DNA of 64,000 nt from the human T2T-CHM13v2.0 reference genome, Homo sapiens. The stretch lies in the NCBI RefSeq assembly GCF_009914755.1, contig NC_060948.1; one strand, given 5' to 3'. Shown one piece after another: positions 1 through 16,577 of the stretch (the first letter of the stretch is position 1; the number at the start of each line of letters is the position of its first letter). The translations under genes were made by a program, and so were the position numbers. The notes beneath the pieces were generated by a model, which had not been told where the DNA came from, did no database searches, and saw only the letters and a program-made list of their open reading frames with translations.

Positions 1-3000
1 GAGGTGAGGTTTTTATATACTCATATCCCTTATCAGATATATGATTTGCAAATATATTCTCCCTTTTCACACTTATGTCAGTGTCCTTGGGTGTATAACA
101 GTTTTTAAATTTTGCTGAAGTCCATTTCATCTATTTTTTTCTTTTATTGTCTCTATTTGGTGTCATATTCAAGAAATCTTGCCTAACCCAATGTAATGAA
201 AATATTCTCATATATTTCTATCTAAGAGTTTACTACTTGTAGCTCTTATTTTTAGGACTTTGATCCACTTTGAATTAATTCTTTACATAGTAATTAATTA
301 ATCCGACTTCATTTTTTTTTGCATATTTATATCCAATTTCCCCAGGGCCGCTTATTGAAAAGACTATTCATTTCTTACTAAATTGTCTTGGAATCTTGCC
401 AAAAATCATTTGACTATGAATGTGCAGATTTATTTCTGGGCTCTCTATTCTATGCATTTATGTGTGTCTTTAGGATAGTATGACACTATTTTCATTACCA
501 TAGCTTTGTAATAAGTTTTGAAATCAGGAAGTGTGGCACCTCCAAATCTCTCTCTCTTTAAAATGATTTCTTGGCTATTCAGAGTCCTTTGAAATTCCAC
601 ATGAATTTTGGGGTAGATTTTTCTAATTTTGCCGTAGAATGTCATTTGGATTTTTGATTGGGTTTGCATTGAATCTGTACATCTCTTTGGTGGTATTGAC
701 ATCTTCACAATATTAAATCTGACAACCCATGAACACAAAAGGTCTCTTCATATACTTATAAATTCTTTAATTTCTTCCAGTGATTTTTGTAGTTTTCAGT
801 GTATATGTTTTTGTCTTCTTTATATGGTTAATCCTAAATACTTTACTCTTTTTGGTGCTATTATAAACTGAATTGTTTTTCTAATTTTGTTTTCATAATA
901 TTTATTGTGAATGTGTAGAAACAAAACATATTTTTGTGTTAATTTTGTATTCTGCAACTTCGTTTAATTCTCTTATTTGATCCAATAGTATTTTATAGCA
1001 TCCTCAATGTTTTCTATTAAAAAGATCCTGTCTTATACAAACAGAAATAATTTTACTTCTTCAATTTCAATTACGTTTAATTCTTTTTCTTACCTAACTG
1101 CCCTGGCTAGAACTTCCAGTTCTATGTTGAATACACCCAGTGAAATCAAGCATTCTTTTTTTAAAATTTTAAGTTCGAGGTGCGTGTGCAGGTTTGTCAT
1201 ATAGGTAAACTCATGTCATTGGGGTTTGTTGTACAGTTTATTTCATTACCTAGGCACTAAGCCTAGCACCCAATAGTTATTTTTTCTAATCCTCTCTCTC
1301 CCCCACCTCTCCACCCTTAAGTAGGCGCCAGTGTCTGTCGTTCTAGTCTTTGTGTCCATGTGTTCTCGTCATTTAGCTCCCACTTACAAGTTAGAACATG
1401 AGGTGTTTGGTTTTCTGTTCCTATGTTAGTTTGCTAAGGATAATCTTTCAGAACTTAGATGAAAAGCTTTTAGTCTTTCATTATTGACTATGATGCTAAA
1501 TATGGATATTTCAAGATATTTCATATATGGCCATTATTTATTGAGGTTGTTTCCTTCTATTCCTAATTTGCTGTGTTTTTATTATAAGGAATGTTTAATT
1601 TTGTGAAATGTTTTTCTGCATCAAGACAACGGTTTCTTCTCCTTCATTTTCTTGGAACACTATCATAATACATCACATTTAAGAAAAATTGCACTTTGTC
1701 CTAGTGTATAATCCTTTTATTGTACTTCATAATTTCATTTACTAGTATGTTGTTGAAATTTTTTGCATCAACATTCATTAGGTATAGTAGCCTGTAGTTT
1801 TCTTTTATGTAGCGTCTTTGGATTTGGCATTAGGAAAATGTTGGCCTCATAGAATGAGTTAAGAAGTGTTCATTCTCTTTATTATTTCGGAAAGGTTTTA
1901 AAAGAATTGCTGTTTATTCATTTACCAATATTTTTAAAAGAATTCATTAATGAAGCCATCTGCTCCAGGGCTTTTTTTGTTGTGAGATTTTTGATTCCTG
2001 ATTCTTCTCCTCATTGTTTATGAATCTGTTCAGATTTTCTGTTTCTTCATGATTCAGTCTTGGCAAGTTGTGTGTTTCAAGGAATTTGTTTATTTCATCT
2101 AGGTAATCCAGTTTTTGGTGCACACTTGCTCATAGTACTCTCTTATGATCCTATTAGTTCTGTAAGATTGTTAGAATTATTCTGTTTTTTTTCTGATTTT
2201 AGTAAATTAAGTCATTTTTTTTTTTGTTTTAGTCAATGTAGTCTTTGGCTATAATTTTAAAATTTTGTAGTTCATTTTGAAGAACCAACATTTGATTTTA
2301 TTGATTTTTCTTTTTTTTGTATTCTCTGTTTTAGTTAGCTCTGCTATAATCTTTATTATTTGCTTCCTTTTGCTAGCAGTAGGTTTAATTTTTTTCTTTT
2401 TAAAACATTTTAAGTGGTGTAATTAATTATTTTAGTTAACCTTTTTCTTTTTTTGATGTGTTTCCAGCTATTAATTTTCCTTCTGAGCACTACTTTTGCT
2501 GCATTCATATGTTTTGGTATGCTGTGTTTTGGAATTAATTTGTTTTAAAATATTGTCTAATTTCTCCTCTGATTTATTCCTTGATCTATTGGTTGTTTAA
2601 GGATATGTCGCTTTATTTTTATCTACTTGCCAGTTTTACAGTTTTTCTTCTGTTATTGATTTCTATATTCACTCCATTGTGATTTGAAAAGATAATTTGT
2701 ATAATTTCAGTCTTTCAGAATTTATCAAGACTTGTTTGGTGGCTTAACATATGGTATATCCTGAAGAGTGTTTCATGAGTAATTAAGAAAAATGCATATT
2801 CTACTGTTGTTTGCTGGAGTGTTTGGTAAATGCTTGTTATACCTACATGTATTATAGTGTTGATCAAGTTCTTGACTTCCTTCCTGATCATCTGTCTTAT
2901 TTTCTATCAATTATTGAAAGTGGGTTATTGAACTTTCCTACTATTATTGCAGAGCTTTCTGTCTCCCCTTTTCATTCTGTCAATATTTGCTTCACATATT

Positions 3001-3021
3001 TTGGAGCCCTATTGTTTGATG
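1..3021 (-). mobile_element. Old L1 (L1M-type) ORF2 relic, interrupted at ~1156-1443
   Basis: Minus-strand translation 445-738 gives decayed ORF2 motifs (CSWVVRFNIVKMSIPPK, GGATLPDFKTYYKA); T-rich antisense L1 sequence continues to the microsatellite at ~3022. Confidence 0.85.
1156..1443 (-). mobile_element. 5'-truncated L1PA (older, ~PA13-like) 3' UTR fragment
   Basis: T-run then ttttaagttc...gtgcaggtttgtcatataggtaaactcatgtc...gctcccacttacaagttagaacatg, the antisense L1PA 3' end. Confidence 0.8.
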
Positions 3022-3022
3022 C

Positions 3023-3064
<42 letters not shown>
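3022..3064. repeat. Compound (TA)n(CA)n microsatellite
   Basis: Directly visible. Confidence 0.95.
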
Positions 3065-3065
<1 letters not shown>

Positions 3066-3383
3066 AAATTTATTTTTATAGATTCAAGGAGTACATGTGC
3101 ACGTTTATTACATAAATCAATCACTGATGGATACTTAGGTCAATTTCATTACTTTGCTACTGTGACTAATGCTGTGATAAACACATGAGTACAGGTGTCT
3201 TGGATATGATTTTATTTTCCTTTGCGTACTCAGTAGTGGGATGATTGGAATTAATGGTAGTTCTATTTTTAGTTCTTTGAGAAATTTGTCTTCTATAGAC
3301 ATATTACTTTACATTCCCACCAATAGTGTATACGTGTTTCTTTTTCCCCACATTCTCATCAACATCTGCTGTATTTTGACTTT
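3065..3383 (-). mobile_element. L1 (L1PB/L1PA16-like) 3' end fragment with internal deletion
   Basis: tttttatagattcaaggagtacatgtgca 3' terminus motif, then ttacattcccaccaatagtgtata ORF2-end motif. Confidence 0.7.
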
Positions 3384-4565
3384 ACAAACTCTAGTAACAT
3401 TTCTATAAACCAATAATATTTATGCTGAGAACTAAATCAATAAGTCAATTTCAATTACAATAGTCACATGACAAAAATTAAATACCTCAAGAAATGTAAC
3501 CAAGGAAATGAAAGGTATTTACAAGGAAAAATACAAAACACTAATAAAAGAAATCAGAGATGAAACAAACAAATGAAAAAAAATCACTTGTTCATGGATT
3601 GGATAAATCAATGTTATTAAAATGACCATACTGTCTAATGTAATTTACAGATTCAAAGCAATACTTATGGAATTACCAATTTCACTTTTTCACAGAATTA
3701 GGAAAAAAAATTCCAAAATTTATATAGAACAAAAAAGATTGCAAATAGCCAGAGTAATCCTAGACAAAAAGAACAACCTGGAATCATCACATTATCTGGC
3801 TTCATTATACTGCATGTTTATAGTGACCAAAATCGGCAATGTACTGGTACTGGTCCAGCTACTATGAAAGGTATGAAGATTCCTTAATAAACTAAAAATA
3901 GAACTACCATATGATCCAGCAATCCCACTGCTGAGTATTTATGCAAATGAACTGAAATCAATATTTTGAAGGGTTATCTGGATTCCCATATTCACTGCAG
4001 TATTATTCACAGCAGACAAGATATGGGATCCACCTAAGTGTCCATCAGTGGAAGAATGAATAAAGAAAATGTGGTATAAGCAAACAAAAGAATGCTATTC
4101 AGCCTTAAAAAAAGAAAGCAGTCTTGTAATTTAAGACATTATGCTTGAACCTGGACGACATTATGCTAAGTGAAATAAGCCAGTCACAGAAAGACAAATA
4201 CTGAATTATCTCACTTATATATAGAATCTGTAAAACTTGAACTCATAGAAGTAGGGGGTAGAATGATGGTTACCAGAGGCTGGGGAATGGTGGGAGGGAG
4301 TTGGGAGTTGATGGTCAGGGGACACAAGGTTTCAGTTAGACAGGAGGCATAAGTTTTTATTTTTATTGCAATAATAATGTATATTTCAAAGTAAATAAGA
4401 GTAAATGTCTCATCACAAATAATGATAAGTGAGAAGATAGATATGTTAATTTGCTTGAGTTCATCATTCTTCATTCTATAAGTAGATCAAAGCATCACAT
4501 TGTGCCCTGTATATATATACAATTATGATTTGTCTATCAAAAATATATGAATTAATAACAAAAAT
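3384..4565 (+). mobile_element. L1 ORF2 fragment joined to an L1MA-type 3' end
   Basis: ORF 3622-3867 MTILSNVIYRFKAI matches ORF2 [14 protein letters not shown]; then catatgatccagcaatcccactgctg and an L1MA 3' UTR with A-rich tail. Confidence 0.8.
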
Positions 4566-5759
4566 ATATATTTCCATATATAGTGGGTATATCAAATCCA
4601 TTTAATCTAGTCAAATTGATCTACTCAAATATAATCCAGTAATAAATCTACATGTATATATATGGAATCCATATAAGTATATAGATATACATATGTATTG
4701 TCCATATTAACATAGTATCTGTATATACTTCCACACAGATTCCACATATATTTGACACAGAGTGGGTGACAGAAATGAGTTTTACAATTGACCCTATGGT
4801 TGGTGGGAATCTACCCACCAACTGGGTCATGTGTTGAATGAAAAAAATAATCTCTTTTTCTTGCCTAAACACATGTTTACAACAGAATGTCAAGTGAGCT
4901 TTGAGAAATCTCTACAGCCATAATTTCTGTGCCTGCCTCAGATTAAAACAAACACACTGCCCCAAAAGATTTGTAATTGATGACAAAAATGCAACTACTT
5001 AAGTATGTTTGTATAACAAAGCTAATATTTATAAATAAACATACCTCTGAAAATATTTATCACCTTCCAGCAGTTCAAACAGGCCACTGACAAGATGTAA
5101 TGAAATCGCAGTAAAAATTCAGTGAATTATTTTGGTGAAAATTAACACGGAAATTCTAAAGTTCATAAGGAAATTAAAAGGCCCCAAACCCTTTGCTTAA
5201 CAAATATAATCATTATTTGTGCTTCTGAAACCATATGTTGGATTTCCCTACGTTTAAACTTTGTATAAAACAAATTATGCAGCATGTGGTCACACATGTG
5301 GCTTTTTAGTCTCTGTATTATATTAGGAAGATTCTTACATGTTATAGCATACATTTACCTGTTATTAGCAGTGGGGACTGCAGCTTCTTTCACTAATCTT
5401 ATTTTTGTCTGAAGCTTTGTTTTTTGTTTTGTTTTGTTTTTAACAGATCATGTCTATTTACCTACGTGAAGTAGACTCTGTGACTCACTAGACTTATACT
5501 TTCTCAGAGACAAGTGAAGGCAGCTTGTTACTTCCCACCCTTCGACACACACATACAATGAGGGTCTGAGAAATGAAGTGTAGGAGCCAGACACAATGGC
5601 AGATTACAAATAGAGTTGAGTGGCACAAGAATGGGCTCTATTAAACATACCTTATTCACATCCTCAGATTCTCTTGGCCTCTTGCGTCTCTTGGATTCCC
5701 AACTTCTTGATCTGTCTCGACTAGCACCAGATAAAACCAGTTCCTTTCAGTTACTTGGC

Positions 5760-6248
5760 TTGAGGATAATTACCCATTAGCCTGCGGTTTCTGGTTCCAC
5801 TTACCTTTTGTGTATTCAGATTAAATGCAACGCCTTAGGGTTTGGGGTATGTTTTCCTGAATGGCTTCTGAGGAGCTGAATAATGTAACCTGGGAGGTTA
5901 GAAAATAGGGGTGACATTTTACCAGTGGAAGATATAAAATGAGGAAAAACCCGGCAGAAAAATTCCATCTCCCTTTTTCATTTCGATGAACTTACAGCGG
6001 TGTGATTTCTCCCTGAAAACTGTCTGAAAAGAGCCTCTGTGGCTAATCAGTTGTAATTGATAGGAAACCTGCTTCACAGTCTGTTGTGGAGCAGAAGCCA
6101 GAATAGAAATTAGTCACCTTGCATTATGTTTTACCTTTCCTCGTTTTCATTTCTCCTCACTCAGTGTCTCCATATAATACTTCCCACATAAGCATTAGCA
6201 ATTTATCCTTCCCTCAGGCTCTGTTTTCTAGGAAACATAGGCTAAAAT
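5760..6248 (+). mobile_element. Ancient ERVL-type solo LTR relic (LTR16/LTR40-like)
   Basis: 3' end cctcaggctctgttttctaggaaacataggctaaaata resembles ERVL LTR termini; left boundary uncertain. Confidence 0.45.
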
Positions 6249-6601
6249 AAAGTGTATATGCCAATGAATATATATAGTTTTAACATTTACAAATGAAACA
6301 AATGTGCTGTCCACAGAGGTTATGACCATTTTGATTCCCTCTGACAACACATGAGAGTGCTTACTTTGCAAGATTCTAATGGAGTATATGATCACATCTT
6401 TAAATTATATTTTCTCCTCTGATCAGAAAAAAAGTGGTATGCTATTGCGGTTTTAATATGCATTTACCTAATCTGTCATATTTCAGATCCATAAATCCAT
6501 CCAGAGTTTATATGCCATTTGTATTTACTTTTCTGTAAAGTGCTCACTCTCTTGGCTCATTTTTCTACTAGAATTTTCATTTATATATATATGCTTTTTA
6601 A

Positions 6602-6954
<353 letters not shown>

Positions 6955-7056
6955 AGCTACCCATATTTTTATGAGTTTATAGTTTGCTCTTTGGTTTTGT
7001 ATCCGGTGGTTTTGCCATACCAAACTTTGGTTTTAATTTTATTTATTCATAGTATT

Positions 7057-7648
7057 TGTAATAGTTACCTTTATTTGTCAACTTGACTCCGGTAAAGGAC
7101 ATTCAGATAGTAAAACATTATTTCTGGGTGTGACAGTGTAGGAGTTTCCAGAATAAATTAGCATTTGAATCAGTAGACTGAGTAAACAAGATCTACCCTC
7201 ACCAATGTTTTGGGCATCATCCAATCCACTGAGGGATTGGATGGAACAAAAAGGTTGAGGAAGATGAATTCATTCTCTCTCTCTCTCTCTTTCTGAGCTG
7301 AGATATCCATCTTCTCCTGCCCATAGATCTCAGAACTCCTGGTTCTTTGCCCTTTAGATTTTGGACTGTATACAAAACTGCCTAACTTATACCACTGTTC
7401 CCCCCATCTCCCCACAAACAGTTTATACGTCTTTAGACTTGGACTGGGAGTTACAGCATCAGTCCCTCTGGTTCTAAGGTCTTTGGACTCAGACTGAATT
7501 ACAACACAGGCTTTCCTGGTTCTCTAGCTTAGATACAGCAGATTCTGGAACTTTTTGGTCTACATAATTGTGTGGGCAAATTTCTATAATAAATCTTTGT
7601 GTGTGTATCTCCTATTGGTTCTGTTTCTCTGAAGAACCCTGAATAATA
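7057..7648 (+). mobile_element. MLT2 (ERVL) solo LTR
   Basis: Starts tgtaatagtt...tgtcaacttgact, contains agcatttgaatcagtagactgagtaaa, ends cctattggttctgtttctctgaagaaccctga. Confidence 0.88.
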
Positions 7649-7799
7649 ACCATAATAAACATTTCTTTTCATTACTTTTAGGTTTTATTTATCATGAATA
7701 GAAAAGCATTCTTACATGGAACAGTCATCTCTATGCATTTACCCTTAGATATAACAATCTCAATTCTAGCATCCCAAAAGTGTTGTGGCAAAAAAAAAA

Positions 7800-8054
7800 T
7801 GTATTCAAAGACTTTTTATCATAGCCCTATTTTATGTAGACTGTAAAGAACTCAAATATTCATCTAGAGTAATTTAGTTGAGTAAACTATTCATCTACAC
7901 AATGAATTATTATGGCACTGCAAAAAATTGAATAAGAATTATCTTTATATACTGCTATGCAGTGATCTTTAGGAAATACTATTAGGAGAGAAAAAAAGAC
8001 AGAGAAGATTGTACATGGTATGCTACTATATATTAAATAAAAGGGGATATGGAG

Positions 8055-8101
<47 letters not shown>

Positions 8102-8127
8102 AACTACCTTATATTAAAAACAAATGG
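7800..8127 (+). mobile_element. L1MC-type 3' region, left part; contains (TA)n at ~8057-8094
   Basis: tattcatctacacaatgaattattatggcactgc resembles old L1 ORF2-end/3' UTR; continues after 10090. Confidence 0.55.
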
Positions 8128-8135
8128 TACACCAA

Positions 8136-10088
<1,953 letters not shown>

Positions 10089-10089
10089 G

Positions 10090-11810
10090 GAAAGTTTAAA
10101 AATGTAAGGCTAAACATATATACATACATACACACACAGATATTCCTAGGAATTGCAGATTGTAGGAATATTTAGGGAATATTTTGACTGTATAACTGTG
10201 AGAGTATATCTTAATGACAAAAATAACCAAAAGTAAATCTTAATTTTTTAGCAACCAGACTGCTAGTAATAGTGTTGATACTGTTATTCTGAAATGTTAG
10301 CTATTGCAAGTGCAAACAATAATTATTTGATGTTGTTAGAGTTTTTGGCTTAAGACATAAAAATAGAATTGAAGAAGTTAAGTAAAACAAACTGAAAATT
10401 GTTATAATTCTAAATTTGAGTTTGAGTTACAGCATGTCTACATGTATGTCATGATGTATTTTTTCTTCAATGATACATATTACTCAAGAAATGATTCTTA
10501 AATTTCTTCCATTAAAAATTCAAAAAACATTAACCAATTCATCATTATCATCTCATAGATTCTGGTCTCTAAATACCATTTTCATTTAAAGAAAGCACCA
10601 TCTTTGGAAAAATAGTTAATTCCAAGTCTGCTTTAAGAAATGTATAAAATGAGTTTAAACATGTTTTCATAATAGAAAAGCAGGGAAACTAGTAATTACT
10701 ATTTGGTCATGTCAAAATGACGAGCCAATTTGAAAGGGCTGTAACAATAAATAATGTAAAATTTGAGCATCAAAGAAAAAATGACTGCAATGATTACAGC
10801 ACATCCAATATGTTAATATGTATGATTTTATAATTATAGTGTTACAATCTTATTGATCAGTTTTGGAGGATTTCAGGGAACCAACCTCTTATTCTGAGAT
10901 GTGACAAGGGTGGAGAAATCAAGCCTTTATCCCATATCTGTGATACAAAGAATCCCTCAGCCTTAACAAATAGCTGAGGATGGAAACTTTTTTTCATAGA
11001 AGTTTTACAGATAATAAGTGGAGGAATGATAGAAATAGAATACCACCATTCTTCAATATTTAATAAAATAATAAATCTAGATGATTATGATTTATGGCTA
11101 TTAAAACCATTGCATAAAAAGCTGATGAGGGACTTAATATTGGATGGATTAGACCAATAACAGTTCAACCTATGTATCAATCTTAACATCAGGAATTCTT
11201 TGTATTCTGGTGAAGTACACCAACTATATCCTCTTCTTGCCAAAAATTCCAACCTGAAACTGATTAAGACTCTAGAAGTAGTTACCTGTTTACAGAAGAT
11301 ACAAAGCACTGAAGATCCAGTTGAATAACATCACAGGAATGTAATCAATAAATTGTAAAATAAAAAGAAACACTTTAGGGTGAATTACCTAGCTGTTTCA
11401 ATAAGTAAATTCCAAGAGAAAAAATAGGGAGGGGGAAACTAGAGACATGTGAACCAAATGACATTGTCTGGAACCTGATTTGAGCAAATAAATTGTAAAA
11501 TAGATACATTTATTTTTTAGGTACATTAAAGTTTCAGGGTTGATTTTTTAATAAATACACATATTTTACACATACAAACTGAACTATTTTGTAGGTGAAA
11601 TTACATGGTTTCTGATTTTGCTTCAAAATAATCTGTTCTCTGTGTGGTGGGAGATATGATGGGGGTTGGAAGTTGATGGATAATAAACCTGAAACAAGAT
11701 TGGCTATAGGTTGCAAAGTGTTGAAGCTGAGATGTAGATGCACAGTGGTTTATTATTCTATTTTCTCTACTTTTGTGTATATTAAAATTTTTCATATTAA
11801 AACATATTTC
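10090..11810 (+). mobile_element. L1MC (L1MC4-like) long 3' UTR
   Basis: ggaaaaatagttaattccaagtctg...gaaatgtataaaatgag and terminal ttattattctattttctctacttttgtgtat match L1MC 3' ends. Confidence 0.7.
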
Positions 11811-11944
11811 AAAATAACATTTCACAGTATGAAGTATTTTTCTTTCATTTTTGCTACTTTTAAAATTGTATATATTTACATTTATATATATTTACATTTA
11901 AATTTTTATTCACTTGAAATTTATGTAGTGTTAGAATTGAGGTA

Positions 11945-12458
11945 CAATTTAGCCATTGGAAAAAAGAAGAAATCTTGTCATTTGCAACAACATGGATGGA
12001 ACTGGAGATCATTATGTTAAGTAAAATAAGCCAGGTGCAGAAAGACAAACATCACATGTTTTCAATTATTTGTAGGATTTAAAATCAAAACAACTGAACT
12101 TATGGACATAGAGAGTAGAAAGATGGTTACCAGAGGCTGAGAAAGATAGAGGAGCAGGGGTCAGGATAATATGGGCATGGTTAATGGGTACAAAAAATAG
12201 TTAGAAAGAATGAATACGACATTATTTGATAGCACCACAAGGTGACTATAGTCAATAATAATTTAAATGTATATTTTAAAATAACTAAAACAGTATAAAT
12301 AGATTGTTTGTAGCAGAAAAGATAAATGCTTGAGAAGTTGGATACCCCATTCTTCATAATGTGTTTATTACACATTGTGTGCCTATATCAAAACATCTCA
12401 TGTGCCCCATAAATATATACCCCTACTGGGTACCCCCCAGAATAAAAATAAATTTAAA
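11945..12458 (+). mobile_element. 5'-truncated L1MA 3' end with 12-bp TSD
   Basis: tgtcatttgcaacaacatggatggaactggag motif; TSD agaattgaggta at 11933-11944 and 12459-12470. Confidence 0.92.
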
Positions 12459-12519
12459 AGAATTGAGGTAGAGATACAGTTCAACTTTTTTTAAGATGGC
12501 AATCCAGTTGTCACCCAAG

Positions 12520-13650
12520 AGACAGAGATTGGAGCTCTAGTCTACTAAAATTGTCTAGAAACCTCGGGGCAGTTTGTCAGAGAGGAGAGCTGTGCACATA
12601 AGGAGCTCTAGAAACCTGTACAGAAGACCTTTTGAGTCTTTGACCTTTTTTTTCACTTTTTACTATGTACAAATACATAGTTGTGCAGTGCATGTGCACA
12701 GAGTCCTCAAGGTGAGTAAGAACTTCAACTGAGGAGAGATATTTGAGAATAATTACCAGGGAGTCATAAAGTAAGCAATCACTAGAGCTCCCAAAGGGTT
12801 GGGAAGTGGTTGATTTTTGACCAGTAAGAATGGAGTTTTTTTTTTTTTTAACACTTTGAGAATTCAGTAGATACCTCAAAACGCCGCAATTTATGAGTTA
12901 ATTTAGTCCTAGAGTAAAGGCCACCCTAGCCTCACCATAATGTATCTTAAAAATAAGCCTCAATGGAGGTTGCCGTGAGCCTAGATGGTGCCACTGCACT
13001 CCAGTCTGGGTGACAGAGCAAGACTCTGTCTCAAAAAACAAACAAACAAAACAAACAAACAAACAGAGCCTCAAAAGGGTACAGGGGATATGCAAGTAAT
13101 TTAACTTTCTGCCAAAACAAACTTAATACTCCATTAACGACTAAAACCCAGACACTCAACAATATAACAACCATAATGTTTTTCATTTACAATAAAAAAA
13201 ATAACAAAGAGGCAGAAAAAAATGTGATCTGAAGAAGAAAATAATTAATCAAAAGAAACTGATCCAGAAATGAAAGAGATAATGCAATTAGCAGATGTGG
13301 ACTTTAAAATAGCTATTATGAATTTGTTGACTTTTTAAAGGAAAATGTAAGCATAATGAGGATGCAAATAGGGGATTTCACATAAAGCTATAAAAAGTAC
13401 TGGTTGAAACTTCCAGGAACAAAGTATTCAATATCTGACTGTAAAAAACAAAACAAAACAAAACTGGCTGGATTTAATAACAGATTAAATGTAACAGAAT
13501 AAAAGATAAATGCACGTCAATAGAAATCATCCAAACTAATGTCTAACAAACATTTACCTAGAAAATTCCCAAATGTTTGTATATTAAGCCACAGACTACT
13601 AAATAGCACATGGTTCAATGAAGAAATTAAAAGAGAAATTGAGGCCAAGT
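12520..13650 (+). mobile_element. Old L1M 5'/ORF1 relic with a short ORF2 piece
   Basis: A-rich ORF1-like sequence (gaaactgatccagaaatgaaagagataatgcaattagcaga...ctttaaaatagctattatg). Confidence 0.6.
12965..13063 (+). mobile_element. 5'-truncated Alu (end of right arm) with (CAAA)n tail
   Basis: ggaggttgccgtgagcc...ccactgcactccagtctgggtgacagagcaagactctgtctc; flanking repeat agcctcaa. Confidence 0.9.
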
Positions 13651-14310
13651 TTAGGAAAGGAAAGAAACAACCCACCAGTACATTCTTCCTAAAACCCCAA
13701 AATTTCTTCTTCATCTCTCTAGCCAAACTTTTTGTACATCCATTATCTCCCCAATTACGTTTATTAATTTGCACATTCAATCAGCAAAAAAAGCCTCAAC
13801 AGGAGCTTATTCTATGTACCAGGTGCCTTGTTCTTTGCGATAGTGGTAGAGAAGTTTGTTTTTTTTAAAAACTGAAATTTAGGTGTACTTTAGAAACAGA
13901 TCATTATCTTTATTAGTATAGAAGAAAGCATCAGCTATTTATTTCCTACGGTTACAATTTGGACAAAAGATGTAAGCTTCAAAGTTCCTAGAGTGAAATT
14001 TAATCAATAAGGAGTTTTTTTTGTTTTGTTTTGTTTTGTTTTATTCCACAGAAATCCAAGCACACTTGTCTTATATTCTTTCTGCAACCCATATTTTTCC
14101 TCTACTGGTTCCAGCATAAAGCTAATAAGACGAAGCTTGCAATTCTGAACCCCTTAAGTCCAGTGGGTTTCCACAGAGAAACATCTCTTTGTGAAAATAT
14201 TCTATATTCTTTACTCAAACTAAGTCTCATGAACTGATCCCAAGGGCAACATGGGAAAGCATGTGATAAAAACTTTACATAAACCCATCGTCTCTTTAAA
14301 AATAAACATT

Positions 14311-14585
<275 letters not shown>

Positions 14586-15489
14586 TCAAGGTCATTTTGT
14601 TTGTTTTGTATTTGGATAAAGCACCTTTTGTTTGTGCCTCCACTGTTTTACAATTACATCTTGGATTCGTCTATTTGTGCCACTTCCACAGACAAGTCCA
14701 TGTGCAGAAGTTTGTCTCAGTAACAACAGCTTGTGGGAGAGATACAGGTAGACAATATTAATTCAACTTTGCAGTTTACATAACTGTAGTGTTTGCAGTT
14801 CACATACATTTGTTCATATGGTCCTCTGATCAACCTTGTGAAGAATCTATTATCTTTTTATTTCACAGTGAAGCAAAAAGTGGCCTGGAAATACTAAATG
14901 ATTCCCTTCAATGTTATTGGTAGCAAGTGCCAGAGCCTGATCTTGAGTCAAAAAACAGCTGGCATGAAGTTTCTTGCTCTTTTCTTCTACAGTTCACATA
15001 GGTTCTGATCTCTCTAAAATGCAAGAAGCTAGCATCTATTTTGAAATGCTTTATACTCATGAAAATGTGGGTGATAAAAATGTAACTTTATCTGGCCTAA
15101 GTTCAACATTAAACAATGTATTTTGTAACTATATGAAGCTTACCTTCAAGTTTTAGAACTTTCTTTTATCTAAACTCTCAAACTATCCACATCCAACTTG
15201 GACTGTTGTGTTTTTTATTAAAGAAACATTATTATTTTTTACAGGATTAAGACTCTGCCTTCTTCATGAGCATGAATTCAGACTAAAGTAATAATTTTTT
15301 TAAAAAATAGTAAATTTATATTCTAAGTTTTTACTTATTTGAATTCTGGTTTTAAATTTTCTCAAATTTAATTTTTGAAATAACACTGGGAAGTTCTCCC
15401 AATAACCTTACATTCAGGGTTGCTCAAGACAACATAATCATGGATACATGTCATTATGGTTATTAATAACATCACCATCATCATTATAA

Positions 15490-15730
15490 TTACGATAGCT
15501 AAGCATTTATTGAACACTTTCTCCTTCTCATGCGTATTATCTCATATGATCTTCACAACAGTTTAATGAGAAGTTATTCCCATTATTTCCATATGTAAAA
15601 TGAGAAAACTAAGGCTCAGAGAGTTTAAATAATGTGTCCCAGGTAACATAGCCCCTAGGGTTGGAGGCAGAGTTAGGGCCCAAGCAATTTTTTGCGAAAG
15701 CATATGAGTTTGCCCCCATACTACACTGCT
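15490..15730 (-). mobile_element. MIR
   Basis: Core atgagaaaactaaggctcagagagtttaaataatgtgtcccaggtaacatagc. Confidence 0.8.
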
Positions 15731-16039
15731 TCTTTTCTATGATACCTGATCTTTTACCTCAGAGTACTTCTACTTTTTTAACTTCAAACCTCTTTGGTTT
15801 TTGCCAGCATCATTTAGGCTTTTGCAATACCAATAAAAAAATAATTGTATATTCTTAGTCTTACATGTATTACTCCCTTAGAGTTGCATAACACAGTTTG
15901 AGAAATCTTGTGTAACCTCCACTCTTGTTTCACTTGTAATTACAATTACAATGATTTTAAGTTGAAAGAAAAGCTGTATTTGGGTTTGATAAGATAAACA
16001 TATATATATGCATATAATTTAAATAGATATTTGACACTC

Positions 16040-16577
16040 TCTATACGCAATTGTGGCACCTTGTTGAACAGTTTAAGTATATTGATTTTGTATCTGGTGC
16101 TGGAGCTTGAAGTCTGCAGAATAGGCAGTTGGGAAGGGGATAAATGTGAAGTGGGAAATAAAAAGAATAAGCCAGATAATATGAAGATGGACTGGATTTC
16201 CTGTTGGTCTCTCACTGCTTCTAAATTCAGTGATGTTGGTGCCATGCGGAAGATGGTATTTTTCATCAAGGAGTTAAAAACATCTGACCCAAGAGCCAGA
16301 GAACCTTGAGGATCCATGGGGAGGAGAAACACCTGAAGGCCTGTTCCTGCCTCCATGCCAAAATGATCAGTCATAAGTGACGACATGTGTGAACGTGGTG
16401 CCCCTGCACCAACCTTCCAAGTATAAAAGTAATTTGACTGCTATTTCATTTCTGCCTTCCAAATCTCACACAAAATGACTCTTGTGACCCTTGATAACTC
16501 AGAGCTATACAGGGAATGAAATTCTGAGAAACATAATTCCAACTTAGCAGCTAAGTTGACAATACAGCTCCACTACA
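16040..16577 (-). mobile_element. Ancient ERVL-type solo LTR (LTR33-like)
   Basis: Reverse strand begins tgtagtggagctgtattgtcaacttagc...ggaattatgtttctcagaatttc. Confidence 0.5.

Noticed and set aside
15946-16386. 146-aa minus-strand ORF
   Set aside because: No recognisable domain; overlaps a probable old LTR and AT-rich sequence
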